Positions 29,640-37,951 of a stretch of 64,000 nucleotides of DNA are shown one piece after another. Source of the DNA: Fimbriimonadales bacterium (GTDB lineage Bacteria; Armatimonadota; Fimbriimonadia; Fimbriimonadales; ATM1); the NCBI GenBank assembly GCA_041744215.1, contig JBGTLG010000033.1, forward strand, positions 1 through 64,000, written 5' to 3'. A program made the translations under genes and the position numbers. Within the stretch, counting starts at the first letter, position 1, and each line of letters opens with the position of its first letter. Under the pieces are notes generated by a model. The model did not search any database, had not been told where the DNA came from, and was given only the letters and a program-made list of their open reading frames with translations.

Positions 29640-30413
29640 TCAGCGGCGGGTTGAATCTGCGTAGCCGTTCCACCAGCCGTTGTCGGGTTCGCCGTCACCA
29701 TCAAAGTCGTCGAGCGAGGAAAGCTTCATCGCTTTGCTGTGGCCGTCGGCGAAGACGACAGCGACGAAGCCGATGTGCCGTCCGTCGGGTGTTGACCTAC
29801 ACCCGTGGACTCCTGCACCACACTCGGCGCCTTGACCGTAGAAGCCACTTGGCCTTCCGCTACCACGATCACTAGGCAGAGGCGGGTCCACTACATACTC
29901 GCCACCACCGACTGTGCCGTCGTCGCGCCAAACTCCTCGCGTGTCGGCGATGGCGACCGTCTCGGACGGAGCGGTCACGTCCGACTCACTCGCTACGAAT
30001 GGAAAGCGCGAATTGCCCAGATATTGGTAGTTGTAGCCGTATCCCCCGTACGTGCGCTCCTGGTTGTGAGCCCACTTCTTGCCTAACACGTCGAGGGTCG
30101 ATACTGGGCAAATGAAGACTTGCTCATTCAAGATGTAAGGGTAAATGGCGTCCGCCCAGCGCGTTCTTGGCACTTGTACTGACGGAGAGGAATGCTGAGG
30201 GTACCGCTCGTAGTCAATCACATACATGGCGAGCGCCATACCCAGCTGCCGCGAGTGGCTCACGCACGTTGTCTTCTTCGCGGCTTCCTTGGCCCTTGCG
30301 AAGACTGGGAAGAGGATTGCCGCGAGGATCGCGATGATCGCGACGACGACGAGCAGTTCGATGAGGGTGAACCCGGGGGTTTGAGCGCGGCGGTGGGTTT
30401 GTGCAGTTTCCAT
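29640..30413 (-). CDS. Prepilin-type N-terminal cleavage/methylation protein (DUF1559 / H-X9-DG type)
   Basis: [25 protein letters not shown]...C; C-terminal RH-IGFVAVVFA-DGH. Confidence 0.92.
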   Translation of the reverse strand: METAQTHRRAQTPGFTLIELLVVVAIIAILAAILFPVFARAKEAAKKTTCVSHSRQLGMALAMYVIDYERYPQHSSPSVQVPRTRWADAIYPYILNEQVFICPVSTLDVLGKKWAHNQERTYGGYGYNYQYLGNSRFPFVASESDVTAPSETVAIADTRGVWRDDGTVGGGEYVVDPPLPSDRGSGRPSGFYGQGAECGAGVHGCRSTPDGRHIGFVAVVFADGHSKAMKLSSLDDFDGDGEPDNGWWNGYADSTRR

Positions 30414-30435
30414 TTTGTGTTTATCCAAGTCGAGT

Positions 30436-30505
30436 TTTTGATCAATCAAAATCCCGAGAGACGATGCTACTGCAATCTTGACGAAAATGTCAAGTATTGA
30501 CTTGA
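30436..30505. promoter_or_regulatory. Cluster of inverted repeats (putative operators) in divergent promoter region
   Basis: TTTTGAT-CA-ATCAAAA (30436-30451), CTTGAC-N6-GTCAAG (30477-30494), TCAAGT-N4-ACTTGA (30490-30505). Confidence 0.55.
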
Positions 30506-30522
30506 TTGTATGATTCCGGCCG

Positions 30523-31419
30523 TTGGATAGCTTCATTGTCGACCGAGAAGACAGGTTGGATCGGTTCTTGGCGTCTAGCCTCCCGAACCACAGCCGGGCT
30601 CGGCTCGCCGAGCACATCTCGGGCGGGGGAGTGCTCGTCGACGGGAGGCCCAGAAAGGCGTCGTTTCGGCTCCAACCGGGGATGCGGGTGATTGTCGAGC
30701 CCATAAGCGAGCGTCCCGCACACTCGCTGACCCCGGTCGACATGCCTCTGGTCGTTCCCTACGAGGACGAGCACCTGCTTGTTGTCGACAAACCCGCCGG
30801 CCTCTCAGTACATCCTTCCCCCACCGCGAATGAGCCAACTTTGGTCCACGCTCTGCTTGCTCGGTCTCATTCGCTCAGCTCTGCCGCAGGCGCGTACCGG
30901 CCAGGAATTGTTCACCGACTCGATAAGGACACGAGTGGCCTGTTGCTTGTCGCCAAGTCGGACGCCGTGCATCACGCTCTCCAGAAAGCCATTCAGGAGA
31001 AAACCGTTCGGCGCGTGTATCGCGCTGTCGTACGCGGCGTCGCGGCTTCCAAAGCGTTCATCATCCGCTCGTCGCTGGGCAGGAATCCATCGAATCGGCA
31101 GAAGCAGGCGGTTGTCGATTCGTCGGCCCCAGACGCGAGGATCGCGATCACTCACTGCCGCTCGATTCGAACATTTGCTCCGAGCGTGTATGACGTGGCC
31201 TCATCTGAGATTGAGTGCGAGTTGGAAACCGGCCGCACCCATCAGATTCGGGTTCACCTTGCATCCGCTGGGCTACCCATACTTGGAGACAGCCTCTACG
31301 GCGTCGCCTCAAAGCACTTCAAGACACAGGCGTTGCACGCCTACATCTTAGAGCTGGTGCATCCTGTCACGCGCGAGTCGATGCTGCTCAAATCCGATCC
31401 ACCGTGGGGCTCGGCTTGA
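30523..31419 (+). CDS. rluD: RluA family pseudouridine synthase
   Basis: S4 domain RLDRFLA; VDKPAG; GIVHRLDKDTSG; LETGRTHQIRVH. Confidence 0.93.
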   Translation: MDSFIVDREDRLDRFLASSLPNHSRARLAEHISGGGVLVDGRPRKASFRLQPGMRVIVEPISERPAHSLTPVDMPLVVPYEDEHLLVVDKPAGLSVHPSPTANEPTLVHALLARSHSLSSAAGAYRPGIVHRLDKDTSGLLLVAKSDAVHHALQKAIQEKTVRRVYRAVVRGVAASKAFIIRSSLGRNPSNRQKQAVVDSSAPDARIAITHCRSIRTFAPSVYDVASSEIECELETGRTHQIRVHLASAGLPILGDSLYGVASKHFKTQALHAYILELVHPVTRESMLLKSDPPWGSA

Positions 31420-31903
31420 TCTCATCGCAGAACTCACCAATGGACCTTGCGACGCGATCGTATCTTCCGTCTAGCTGCAACCCGCCTTCAACTGGTACTG
31501 CATACGTGCGCCCGTCGCGCGTCAGGATCATCACCTTGCCGAAGCGACGGTCATCGTCATTGGCCCTCCAGCCAAGCACTTCAACCCACCGCGCCCTCCA
31601 CCGCTCTCTCCCAGCTCGCTCAAGCCGCACGCCCTTCTGATCAAGTATGAGTTCAGAGAGTCTCCGCTGCCTGTGATCGATCCCCATGGCCCAAGACACA
31701 AGCCCTGCAAGCACCACGAAAAACGCGAGCATCGCAAGAGCGAAGGGTGACTTTGTCGCGACAAGGCCCATCAATGGCAGAGGGACGAGAACGCCCCAAA
31801 CCACGAGCGTAAACACCGCGAGGGCCCGAGCTTCCCTCCTATCAGACAGAGGAATTCTAATCTCAGGCGCACATGCTTCTCGGGTAACGCGCTTTGAGGC
31901 CAT
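31388..31903 (-). CDS. Hypothetical membrane protein (2 TM + PH-like domain)
   Basis: Two hydrophobic helices followed by a beta-rich tail. Confidence 0.65.
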   Translation of the reverse strand: MASKRVTREACAPEIRIPLSDRREARALAVFTLVVWGVLVPLPLMGLVATKSPFALAMLAFFVVLAGLVSWAMGIDHRQRRLSELILDQKGVRLERAGRERWRARWVEVLGWRANDDDRRFGKVMILTRDGRTYAVPVEGGLQLDGRYDRVARSIGEFCDEIKPSPTVDRI

Positions 31904-31953
31904 CAGCTTCCATTTTATCGTACGCCGACGGCCTCGCTCGCGTTATCGTGAGT

Positions 31954-32748
31954 TTAGTCGCAGGCCCAATACCAGGTGCCATCGGTCGGATGCGGATCGC
32001 CGGTGCGATTGCCTTCCGGATTGATCAGAGCGTCGTCGAATCTTGCGGATCCAGCAATGTGCTTTGCATGGCCGTCCGCGAAGATCATCGTGCCCCCAGT
32101 TGTGTGCCACCTGCGATAGAAGTTCCAGGGAGGATCGCAATCATAACCGTATCGGTCACAAGCGTCCTGCGTGTTTCTTCGATCGAATGCCGCGAACATT
32201 TCGTCACGAATGATACGAGTGTCAGAAGGCGCCACAAACTCAGATTCCTTGACGATCTTAGTGTAGCCATAGGGAACGTTGTTCGCGCTCGATTCATCTT
32301 CGACGACAGAAAACGCGCACTTGGTAAAGCGATAGCTGCTCCCATACGCTTCCCAATAGCTGCGCGCCCCCGGCACGTCTACTTCCGTGTATGGACCACC
32401 TTGATCCAACGGGCACTTGAAGATCGGCATGAGCCGCGTGAGTGGCTGCCCGCCAACGGAAGTAACTGAACCGCCCACGTAGGGCGCGAGTTGCGTTTCG
32501 ACCCCCTTATGTCCCGGCTGCCTAGCATGTGGATTCGACATGTATGCATAGAAGATCGGGAACGTCCCGTCGTAGTCACCCAGGTAGAGCATCAGCGCTG
32601 TACCGACTTGCCTAGCGTTCGACAGGCACGCGGTTCGCTTGGCGGCCTCCTTCGCCTGCGAGAAAACAGGAAAGAGAATGGCCGCGAGGATCGCGATTAT
32701 CGCGATCACGACGAGAAGTTCGATCAGCGTAAACCCTCGTTTTTTCAT
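31954..32748 (-). CDS. Prepilin-type N-terminal cleavage/methylation protein (H-X9-DG type), downstream of TPP riboswitch
   Basis: [50 protein letters not shown] 8 nt before ATG. Confidence 0.93.
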   Translation of the reverse strand: MKKRGFTLIELLVVIAIIAILAAILFPVFSQAKEAAKRTACLSNARQVGTALMLYLGDYDGTFPIFYAYMSNPHARQPGHKGVETQLAPYVGGSVTSVGGQPLTRLMPIFKCPLDQGGPYTEVDVPGARSYWEAYGSSYRFTKCAFSVVEDESSANNVPYGYTKIVKESEFVAPSDTRIIRDEMFAAFDRRNTQDACDRYGYDCDPPWNFYRRWHTTGGTMIFADGHAKHIAGSARFDDALINPEGNRTGDPHPTDGTWYWACD

Positions 32749-32768
32749 TTCATTTGCCTCCAAAAGCC

Positions 32769-32800
32769 AAGGGTCGCTCCGCGGTTGCGGAACGACCCTT
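32769..32800 (-). terminator. Hairpin of the riboswitch expression platform (terminator-like)
   Basis: AAGGGTCGTTCCGC-AACC-GCGGAGCGACCCTT followed by GGCTTTT and the SD on the minus strand. Confidence 0.7.
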
Positions 32801-32811
32801 GAGTCTCGGTG

Positions 32812-32906
32812 CTCCGCTTTCCTACGCCGGTTTGAACCGGATCAGGTTCCGAGGGTCTTCCGGTCAAGCCGGAACTCTCAGCCCACACAGGGCTCCCCTA
32901 GCGGGA
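32812..32906 (-). ncRNA. TPP (THI-box) riboswitch
   Basis: Minus strand CCCGCTAGGGGAGCCC-TGTGT-GGGCTGAGA-GTTCCGGCTTGACCGGAA-GACCCTCGGAACCTGATCCGGTTCAAACCGGCGTAGGAAAGCGG: CUGAGA, GAACCUGA, P5 and GCGUAGG core, P1 CCGCT/AGCGG. Confidence 0.95.
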
Positions 32907-33040
32907 ACGGCGCCTTGGCGCTTAGGTCTATTCTACTCCTATTCAGAAGGCGGGGTTCGGGAAGGTCGCTCACACAAGCCGGTCGAGCAGGCATTAATAC
33001 GGGTTTTCGTCAGCCACCTGCCGAAAGACGGGCTCGGCTG

Positions 33041-33069
33041 TTGACGCTGCCGCGAAAGTTTGATACAGT
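33041..33069 (+). promoter_or_regulatory. Sigma70-type promoter of PEP-CTERM gene
   Basis: TTGACG-17 nt-TACAGT with extended -10 TG. Confidence 0.6.
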
Positions 33070-33140
33070 AAGGGCTCAATGCTGAGGGGACCATGGTTTC
33101 CAAGGTGTTGTGGATCGAAGAGGAAGGAGACTGAAAAGCA

Positions 33141-33851
33141 ATGAGCACAAGAATGATTGGCCTTTGCGCGCTAAGCGCTGGGTCGTTGGTAATCAGTGCG
33201 CACGCTGCGCTGATCGAGGACTTTGAACACGGCAACATCGGGCTGTACACCCAGGCGGGCGGCAGCCTCAGCAATGCATCGATTGTCGCGCACGCTGCGC
33301 ATTCGGGCAATGCAGGCGTCGAATTCGCGCTGGGGAGTGGGCCACAGTGGTATTACCGTACAGACATTGGTACAGCTCCAGGAGCTAACCCGTACTACGG
33401 GTACGTCCGATTCACCGAAACGCTAACGAACAAGCGTGTTTACCTTGGCGTCGGGGCGGCGGCGACCGGGACCTACTCGGTTGTCGCGGCACCGAACACG
33501 GGCCAGCTACTACTTCAGCAAAACACGCCCTACAACACATTCACGACAATTGGAACGGTAGCCGCGACCTATGCTCCAAATACTTGGTATAGGATCGAAC
33601 TCCTATGGGAAGCTAGTGGCAACATGACCGGCTTCCTTTATGACGAGACGGGAACGAACCTGCTCGCGCAAACGAACACCGCTGCGACCGGGTTCACGAC
33701 GCCGGGCGGGATCGCTTTCCGAGGGTTCGCCTTGACCGCTGGCACGGGGCTATCCCAGCTGGACGACATCGGGGTCGTTCCAGAGCCGGCATCAATTCTG
33801 TTGGTCGGCGCTGGCTTGGCTCTCCTTGCCAGGCGACGACGCGCCCGCTAA
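33141..33851 (+). CDS. PEP-CTERM sorting domain surface protein
   Basis: Signal peptide; C-terminal VPEPASILLVGAGLALLARRRRAR. Confidence 0.93.
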   Translation: MSTRMIGLCALSAGSLVISAHAALIEDFEHGNIGLYTQAGGSLSNASIVAHAAHSGNAGVEFALGSGPQWYYRTDIGTAPGANPYYGYVRFTETLTNKRVYLGVGAAATGTYSVVAAPNTGQLLLQQNTPYNTFTTIGTVAATYAPNTWYRIELLWEASGNMTGFLYDETGTNLLAQTNTAATGFTTPGGIAFRGFALTAGTGLSQLDDIGVVPEPASILLVGAGLALLARRRRAR

Positions 33852-33875
33852 AAGTCCCACTGAGTGTTGTTGACG

Positions 33876-33919
33876 ATTCGCCGGTCGGGGGAAAACCTGA
33901 CCGGCGAATTCGTTTTTTT
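33876..33919 (+). terminator. Rho-independent terminator
   Basis: ATTCGCCGGTCGG...CTGACCGGCGAAT hairpin followed by a T-run. Confidence 0.85.
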
Positions 33920-33973
33920 GATCTGAATCCTTTGCGGCTTTCGGAGCCTCTTCCTTGTAGAATGGAGCACCCC

Positions 33974-34522
33974 ATGAAGATAACCCCGACAGAATTGAAA
34001 CAAAAGTTAGACGCTGACGAACGCATTCAGGTCATCGATGTGCGCTCGGCAGGCGAGTTTGCCGCTGGCCACGTCCCTGGAGCAATCAATATGCCCCTTG
34101 AGCAGGTGGAATCGAGGCTTGCCGACCTACAAGGCTCTGCCCCAGTGGTGTTGGTCTGCCAGTCAGGGCGTCGAGCGGCGATGTGCAAGGATTTGATTGA
34201 GCACCACCGCGACGACTTGATTGTTCTTGATGGCGGCACGAGTGCCTGGGAGGGCGCCGGTTTTGAGATGGTTGGCGCGAGCGCGACGCGTTGGGCGATC
34301 GAGAGGCAGGTGCGGCTGGCAGCCGGGTTGCTGATCTTGACCGGCACGGTGCTTTCGGTCCTTGTTGCACCAGCATGGGTGTATCTCGCGATGTTTGTTG
34401 GAGCAGGGCTAACGTTTGCGGGCATGACGAATGTCTGTGGAATGGCAGCGATGTTCGCTGCGATGCCGTGGAACAAAGCGAAGAAAGCGAAACCAGTCAC
34501 GAACGCCCCGGCCCCCAGGTAG
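33974..34522 (+). CDS. Rhodanese + DUF2892 (YgaP-like) membrane sulfurtransferase
   Basis: IDVRSAGEFAAGHVPGA, CQSGRR, WAIERQVR, CGMA...PWN. Confidence 0.92.
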   Translation: MKITPTELKQKLDADERIQVIDVRSAGEFAAGHVPGAINMPLEQVESRLADLQGSAPVVLVCQSGRRAAMCKDLIEHHRDDLIVLDGGTSAWEGAGFEMVGASATRWAIERQVRLAAGLLILTGTVLSVLVAPAWVYLAMFVGAGLTFAGMTNVCGMAAMFAAMPWNKAKKAKPVTNAPAPR

Positions 34523-34532
34523 GAGATAGAAC

Positions 34533-35975
34533 TTGATACTGAAGAGATTTTACGACGACAATCTTGCGCAAGCAAGTTTCTTGGCAGGATGTGGCGCAAC
34601 TCGCGAAGCGATTGTGATCGATGCGAACCGCGACGTCGAACAATACATCCGCGCCGCCGCCGCGGAAGGTCTGCGGATAGCAGCGGTAACTGAAACTCAC
34701 ATTCATGCCGACTACGTCTCTGGATCGCGGGAGTTAGCGGACAGGACAAGCTCACAGCTCTATCTATCTGATGAAGGTGATGCCGAGTGGAAGTATGGGT
34801 TTGCAGACCAAGCAAACGTAACGCTTGTTAGTGACGGCGATTCGATTCGCGTGGGAAAGGTCCGACTTGATGTCGTCAAGACGCCCGGGCATACCCCCGA
34901 GCACATTGCGTTTGTCGTGACCGACACTGCCGCCTCGGACGTCCCCCTCGGCGCATTCACAGGCGACTTCATCTTCGTGGGTGATGTAGGGCGACCAGAC
35001 CTATTGGAGCGGGCCGCTGGCTTTGAGGGGACAATGGAAAAGGGTGCACGGGTTCTCTACCAGTCGTTAGAAAAGTTCAAGTCTTCGCTTCCAGATTCAC
35101 TACTTCTGTGGCCGGCGCACGGCGCAGGATCCGCATGTGGCAAGAGTTTGGGTGGCGTGCCGGTCAGCACGCTCGGCTATGAGAAAGTTGCGAACTGGGG
35201 ACTGAGAGCCGCCAGCGAGGACGCTTTCACAGAGACGGTCTTGGAAGGCCAGCCCGAGCCGCCGAGATACTTCAAAGAGATGAAGAGGATCAACAAGATG
35301 GGTCCTCAGATCATCGGAGGATTCAAGACCCCCCCCAGATTGGGAGGAAACATTATCTTTGATCTGCTTGAACGAAATGAGTTTGTGATCGATGTACGTT
35401 CTGCAGGCGACGTCGCGACGGGCTATGTTCCTGGAACCATCAACATCCCGCTGGGGAAATCATTTACGACATGGGCTGGGTGGTTTTGTCCTTACGATAA
35501 GCCAGTTTATCTGATCGCAGATTCTGAAGCTTCGGCCGCACAGGCTTCGCGCGACCTTGCGATGATCGGCTTGGATGACGTTCGCGGATGGATGGGAATC
35601 GATGCGATCCGTCAGTTTGAAAACCGGCATGGCGAATTGGCCATGGTCGCACAGGTTTCCTCGCGCGAGATGCGTTCGAGATCGGAGGCAGGGGAGGCAT
35701 TCGTGCTCGATGTTCGCGGCGCGACGGAGTTTCAGGACGGGCACGTTCCGGGAGCGTTGAATATTCCTCTCGGATACATAGAGGAGCGAGTCGCGGAATT
35801 GCCGATTCGCCCATTGATCGTGCATTGCGGCGGCGGCGCGCGTTCGGCGATCGCCGCTACGGTTTTGCAAAAGGCTGGTGTTGACGCAGTCGCGAACCTG
35901 CCGGGGGGATTCCCGGAGTATCGCGATCTAGGCTTTCCCGTCGAGTCTGGGGTTCCTGTCGGAACCGCTCACTGA
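34533..35975 (+). CDS. MBL-fold persulfide dioxygenase-like protein with two rhodanese domains (CstB-like)
   Basis: ETHIHADY, TPGHTPEH, GDVGRPDL, PAHGAGSACG, HCGGGAR. Confidence 0.92.
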   Translation: MILKRFYDDNLAQASFLAGCGATREAIVIDANRDVEQYIRAAAAEGLRIAAVTETHIHADYVSGSRELADRTSSQLYLSDEGDAEWKYGFADQANVTLVSDGDSIRVGKVRLDVVKTPGHTPEHIAFVVTDTAASDVPLGAFTGDFIFVGDVGRPDLLERAAGFEGTMEKGARVLYQSLEKFKSSLPDSLLLWPAHGAGSACGKSLGGVPVSTLGYEKVANWGLRAASEDAFTETVLEGQPEPPRYFKEMKRINKMGPQIIGGFKTPPRLGGNIIFDLLERNEFVIDVRSAGDVATGYVPGTINIPLGKSFTTWAGWFCPYDKPVYLIADSEASAAQASRDLAMIGLDDVRGWMGIDAIRQFENRHGELAMVAQVSSREMRSRSEAGEAFVLDVRGATEFQDGHVPGALNIPLGYIEERVAELPIRPLIVHCGGGARSAIAATVLQKAGVDAVANLPGGFPEYRDLGFPVESGVPVGTAH

Positions 35976-36005
35976 GCAGAAGCCGTTTCCGAATAGAATG
36001 TCGGC

Positions 36006-36512
36006 GTGGAATTCGACCGGCTAGCCAACCGACACAAAGATGCGGTTTATCGTCAACTGCTGCGGATGTGCGGAAATCATGACGACGCGGAGGATGTGTT
36101 AGCCGAGTCACTCGTCCATGCATACCGAGCATTGCCGAAGCTTCAAGCGCCGGAGGCATTTCAAGCATGGCTGACTCAGATTGGTCGCCGAGCCTGCGGC
36201 AGACTGAGGAAGCGAGCCGCTGCCAGGCGTACGGTAGCGCTCGCGGAGTTGGAAGAGCATGGCCTCGAGATTTCTGCGCCCGGCGCAAGTCCGGAAGAGG
36301 TGGCGATGGAGAGAGAACTCAAGAGATGCTTGCTCTCTTCGCTCGAGAAGCTCCCTCCGCAGTACCGCGAGGTGTACGAACTTCGTGAACTCGATGGACT
36401 GACGGCGGAAGAAGTGTCTGTGCGAACAGGGCTAACGGTTGGGAACATCAAGTCTAGGCTCCATCGAGCTAGGGCGAGGATTCGTGAGGAAATGGACCAA
36501 GCGATGTCGTGA
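36006..36512 (+). CDS. ECF RNA polymerase sigma factor
   Basis: DAEDV, FQAWL, LPPQYREVYELR, KSRLHRAR. Confidence 0.92.
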   Translation: MEFDRLANRHKDAVYRQLLRMCGNHDDAEDVLAESLVHAYRALPKLQAPEAFQAWLTQIGRRACGRLRKRAAARRTVALAELEEHGLEISAPGASPEEVAMERELKRCLLSSLEKLPPQYREVYELRELDGLTAEEVSVRTGLTVGNIKSRLHRARARIREEMDQAMS

Positions 36513-36631
36513 ATCCCGGGCGTCGATGTTCGATTTCCAGCTGAATCGAGTTGGGGAGGGTGGCCGTCACTTGCATACCTGTTCCGACAAAACGAGGCAT
36601 CGATCGGCTCCCCGGGAGATGCGAATCCGCG

Positions 36632-37951
36632 ATGAGCATTGAGCCAGCGAACCTAACGACTTGGCCTAGTGACGTCGAGCTGGCGATCCAGTTCTTCCTC
36701 CAGCTTGGCGTGATCCTTGTCATTTGCAGGATCGTGGGAAAGCTCGGCCAGAAGCTTGGCCAGGCGCAGGTCGTCGGAGAGATGATTGCGGGTGTCCTGC
36801 TCGGTCCATCGCTGCTTGGAGCATTGTCCCCAACTGCAGAGAGCTTTTTGTTTCCCAAGTCGATAACGATTGGGGTAGGCAGTGCTGCGACAACGGTAAC
36901 ACACCCATCGATGAGCATACTGTATGTTGCTGCTCAGCTTGGACTTATACTCTACATGTTCATCGTTGGGCTTGAGTTTAACGTCTCAATGTTGCGAGAC
37001 CGCGCCAAAAGCGCAGCTTGGGTTTCATTTGCAGGAATCGCTTTGCCGTTTGCCCTTGGTGCGATCGTTGCGCTATTAGTCTCCGATAGCTCCCCGCTGT
37101 TTACTGACAAGATTAGCGTTTGGGGAAGTGCGCTTTTCATGGGATCGGCGATGTGCATAACGGCATTTCCTATGCTGGCACGCATCCTCTACGAGCATGG
37201 TATCGCGCAGACCTCGATGGGAACGCTTGCGTTAACCGCAGGTGCGATCAACGATGCATTTGCTTGGTGTTTACTCGCAATCGTCTTGGCCGTTTCGAAA
37301 GGTGACCCAACAATCGCGTGGTTGGCGATTGGTGGCGGGACTCTGTTCGCCGTAGGGATGTTTACCTTCGGCAGACACCTGCTTCGGTTCTTGGGGCGCC
37401 GTGCAGAGGTGCGTGGTGAGGCGACACACACGTTGCTTGCTGCCGCGTTCATCGTACTGCTAGCTTCCGCTTTCGTCACGGATTCAATCGGCATCTATGC
37501 GGTTTTTGGGGCTTTTGTCGCGGGGGCTGTGATGCCCCGCGGACTCCTCGCAGAAAGGCTGAAGAAGAATTGCGAGAGCGTGACGACGGTCTTGCTCCTG
37601 CCTTTGTTCTTTACTTACTCGGGTTTGAACACCAGCATTGGTCTACTGGACTCTCCTTATCTTTGGGGGCTGACAGCGCTTTTGATCGGGGTTGCAGTGG
37701 CGGGCAAAGGGCTTGGCTGCATGCTCGCCGCGAAGTCCACTGGCGAGAGCTGGCGTGACGCTGCAACCATCGGCACACTAATGAACGCTCGTGGTCTGAT
37801 CGAGTTGATACTGCTGAACATTGGATTGGAGGCTGGAATAATCACACCGACACTCTTTACCATGCTCGTCTTGATGGCAATCATAACAACTTTGATGGCT
37901 TCTCCGCTCTTTCACTTGCTGAACCGCGGGCGTACAACTGCTATCGCCTAA
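36632..37951 (+). CDS. CPA2 cation:proton antiporter
   Basis: QVVGEMIAGVLLGPS, ITAFPMLARIL, FGAF, LMNARGL. Confidence 0.93.
   Translation: MSIEPANLTTWPSDVELAIQFFLQLGVILVICRIVGKLGQKLGQAQVVGEMIAGVLLGPSLLGALSPTAESFLFPKSITIGVGSAATTVTHPSMSILYVAAQLGLILYMFIVGLEFNVSMLRDRAKSAAWVSFAGIALPFALGAIVALLVSDSSPLFTDKISVWGSALFMGSAMCITAFPMLARILYEHGIAQTSMGTLALTAGAINDAFAWCLLAIVLAVSKGDPTIAWLAIGGGTLFAVGMFTFGRHLLRFLGRRAEVRGEATHTLLAAAFIVLLASAFVTDSIGIYAVFGAFVAGAVMPRGLLAERLKKNCESVTTVLLLPLFFTYSGLNTSIGLLDSPYLWGLTALLIGVAVAGKGLGCMLAAKSTGESWRDAATIGTLMNARGLIELILLNIGLEAGIITPTLFTMLVLMAIITTLMASPLFHLLNRGRTTAIA

Noticed and set aside
30414-30522. Riboswitch upstream of the first prepilin gene
   Set aside because: Region is short and AT-rich, with no TPP, cobalamin, SAM or FMN core motifs; only DNA palindromes.
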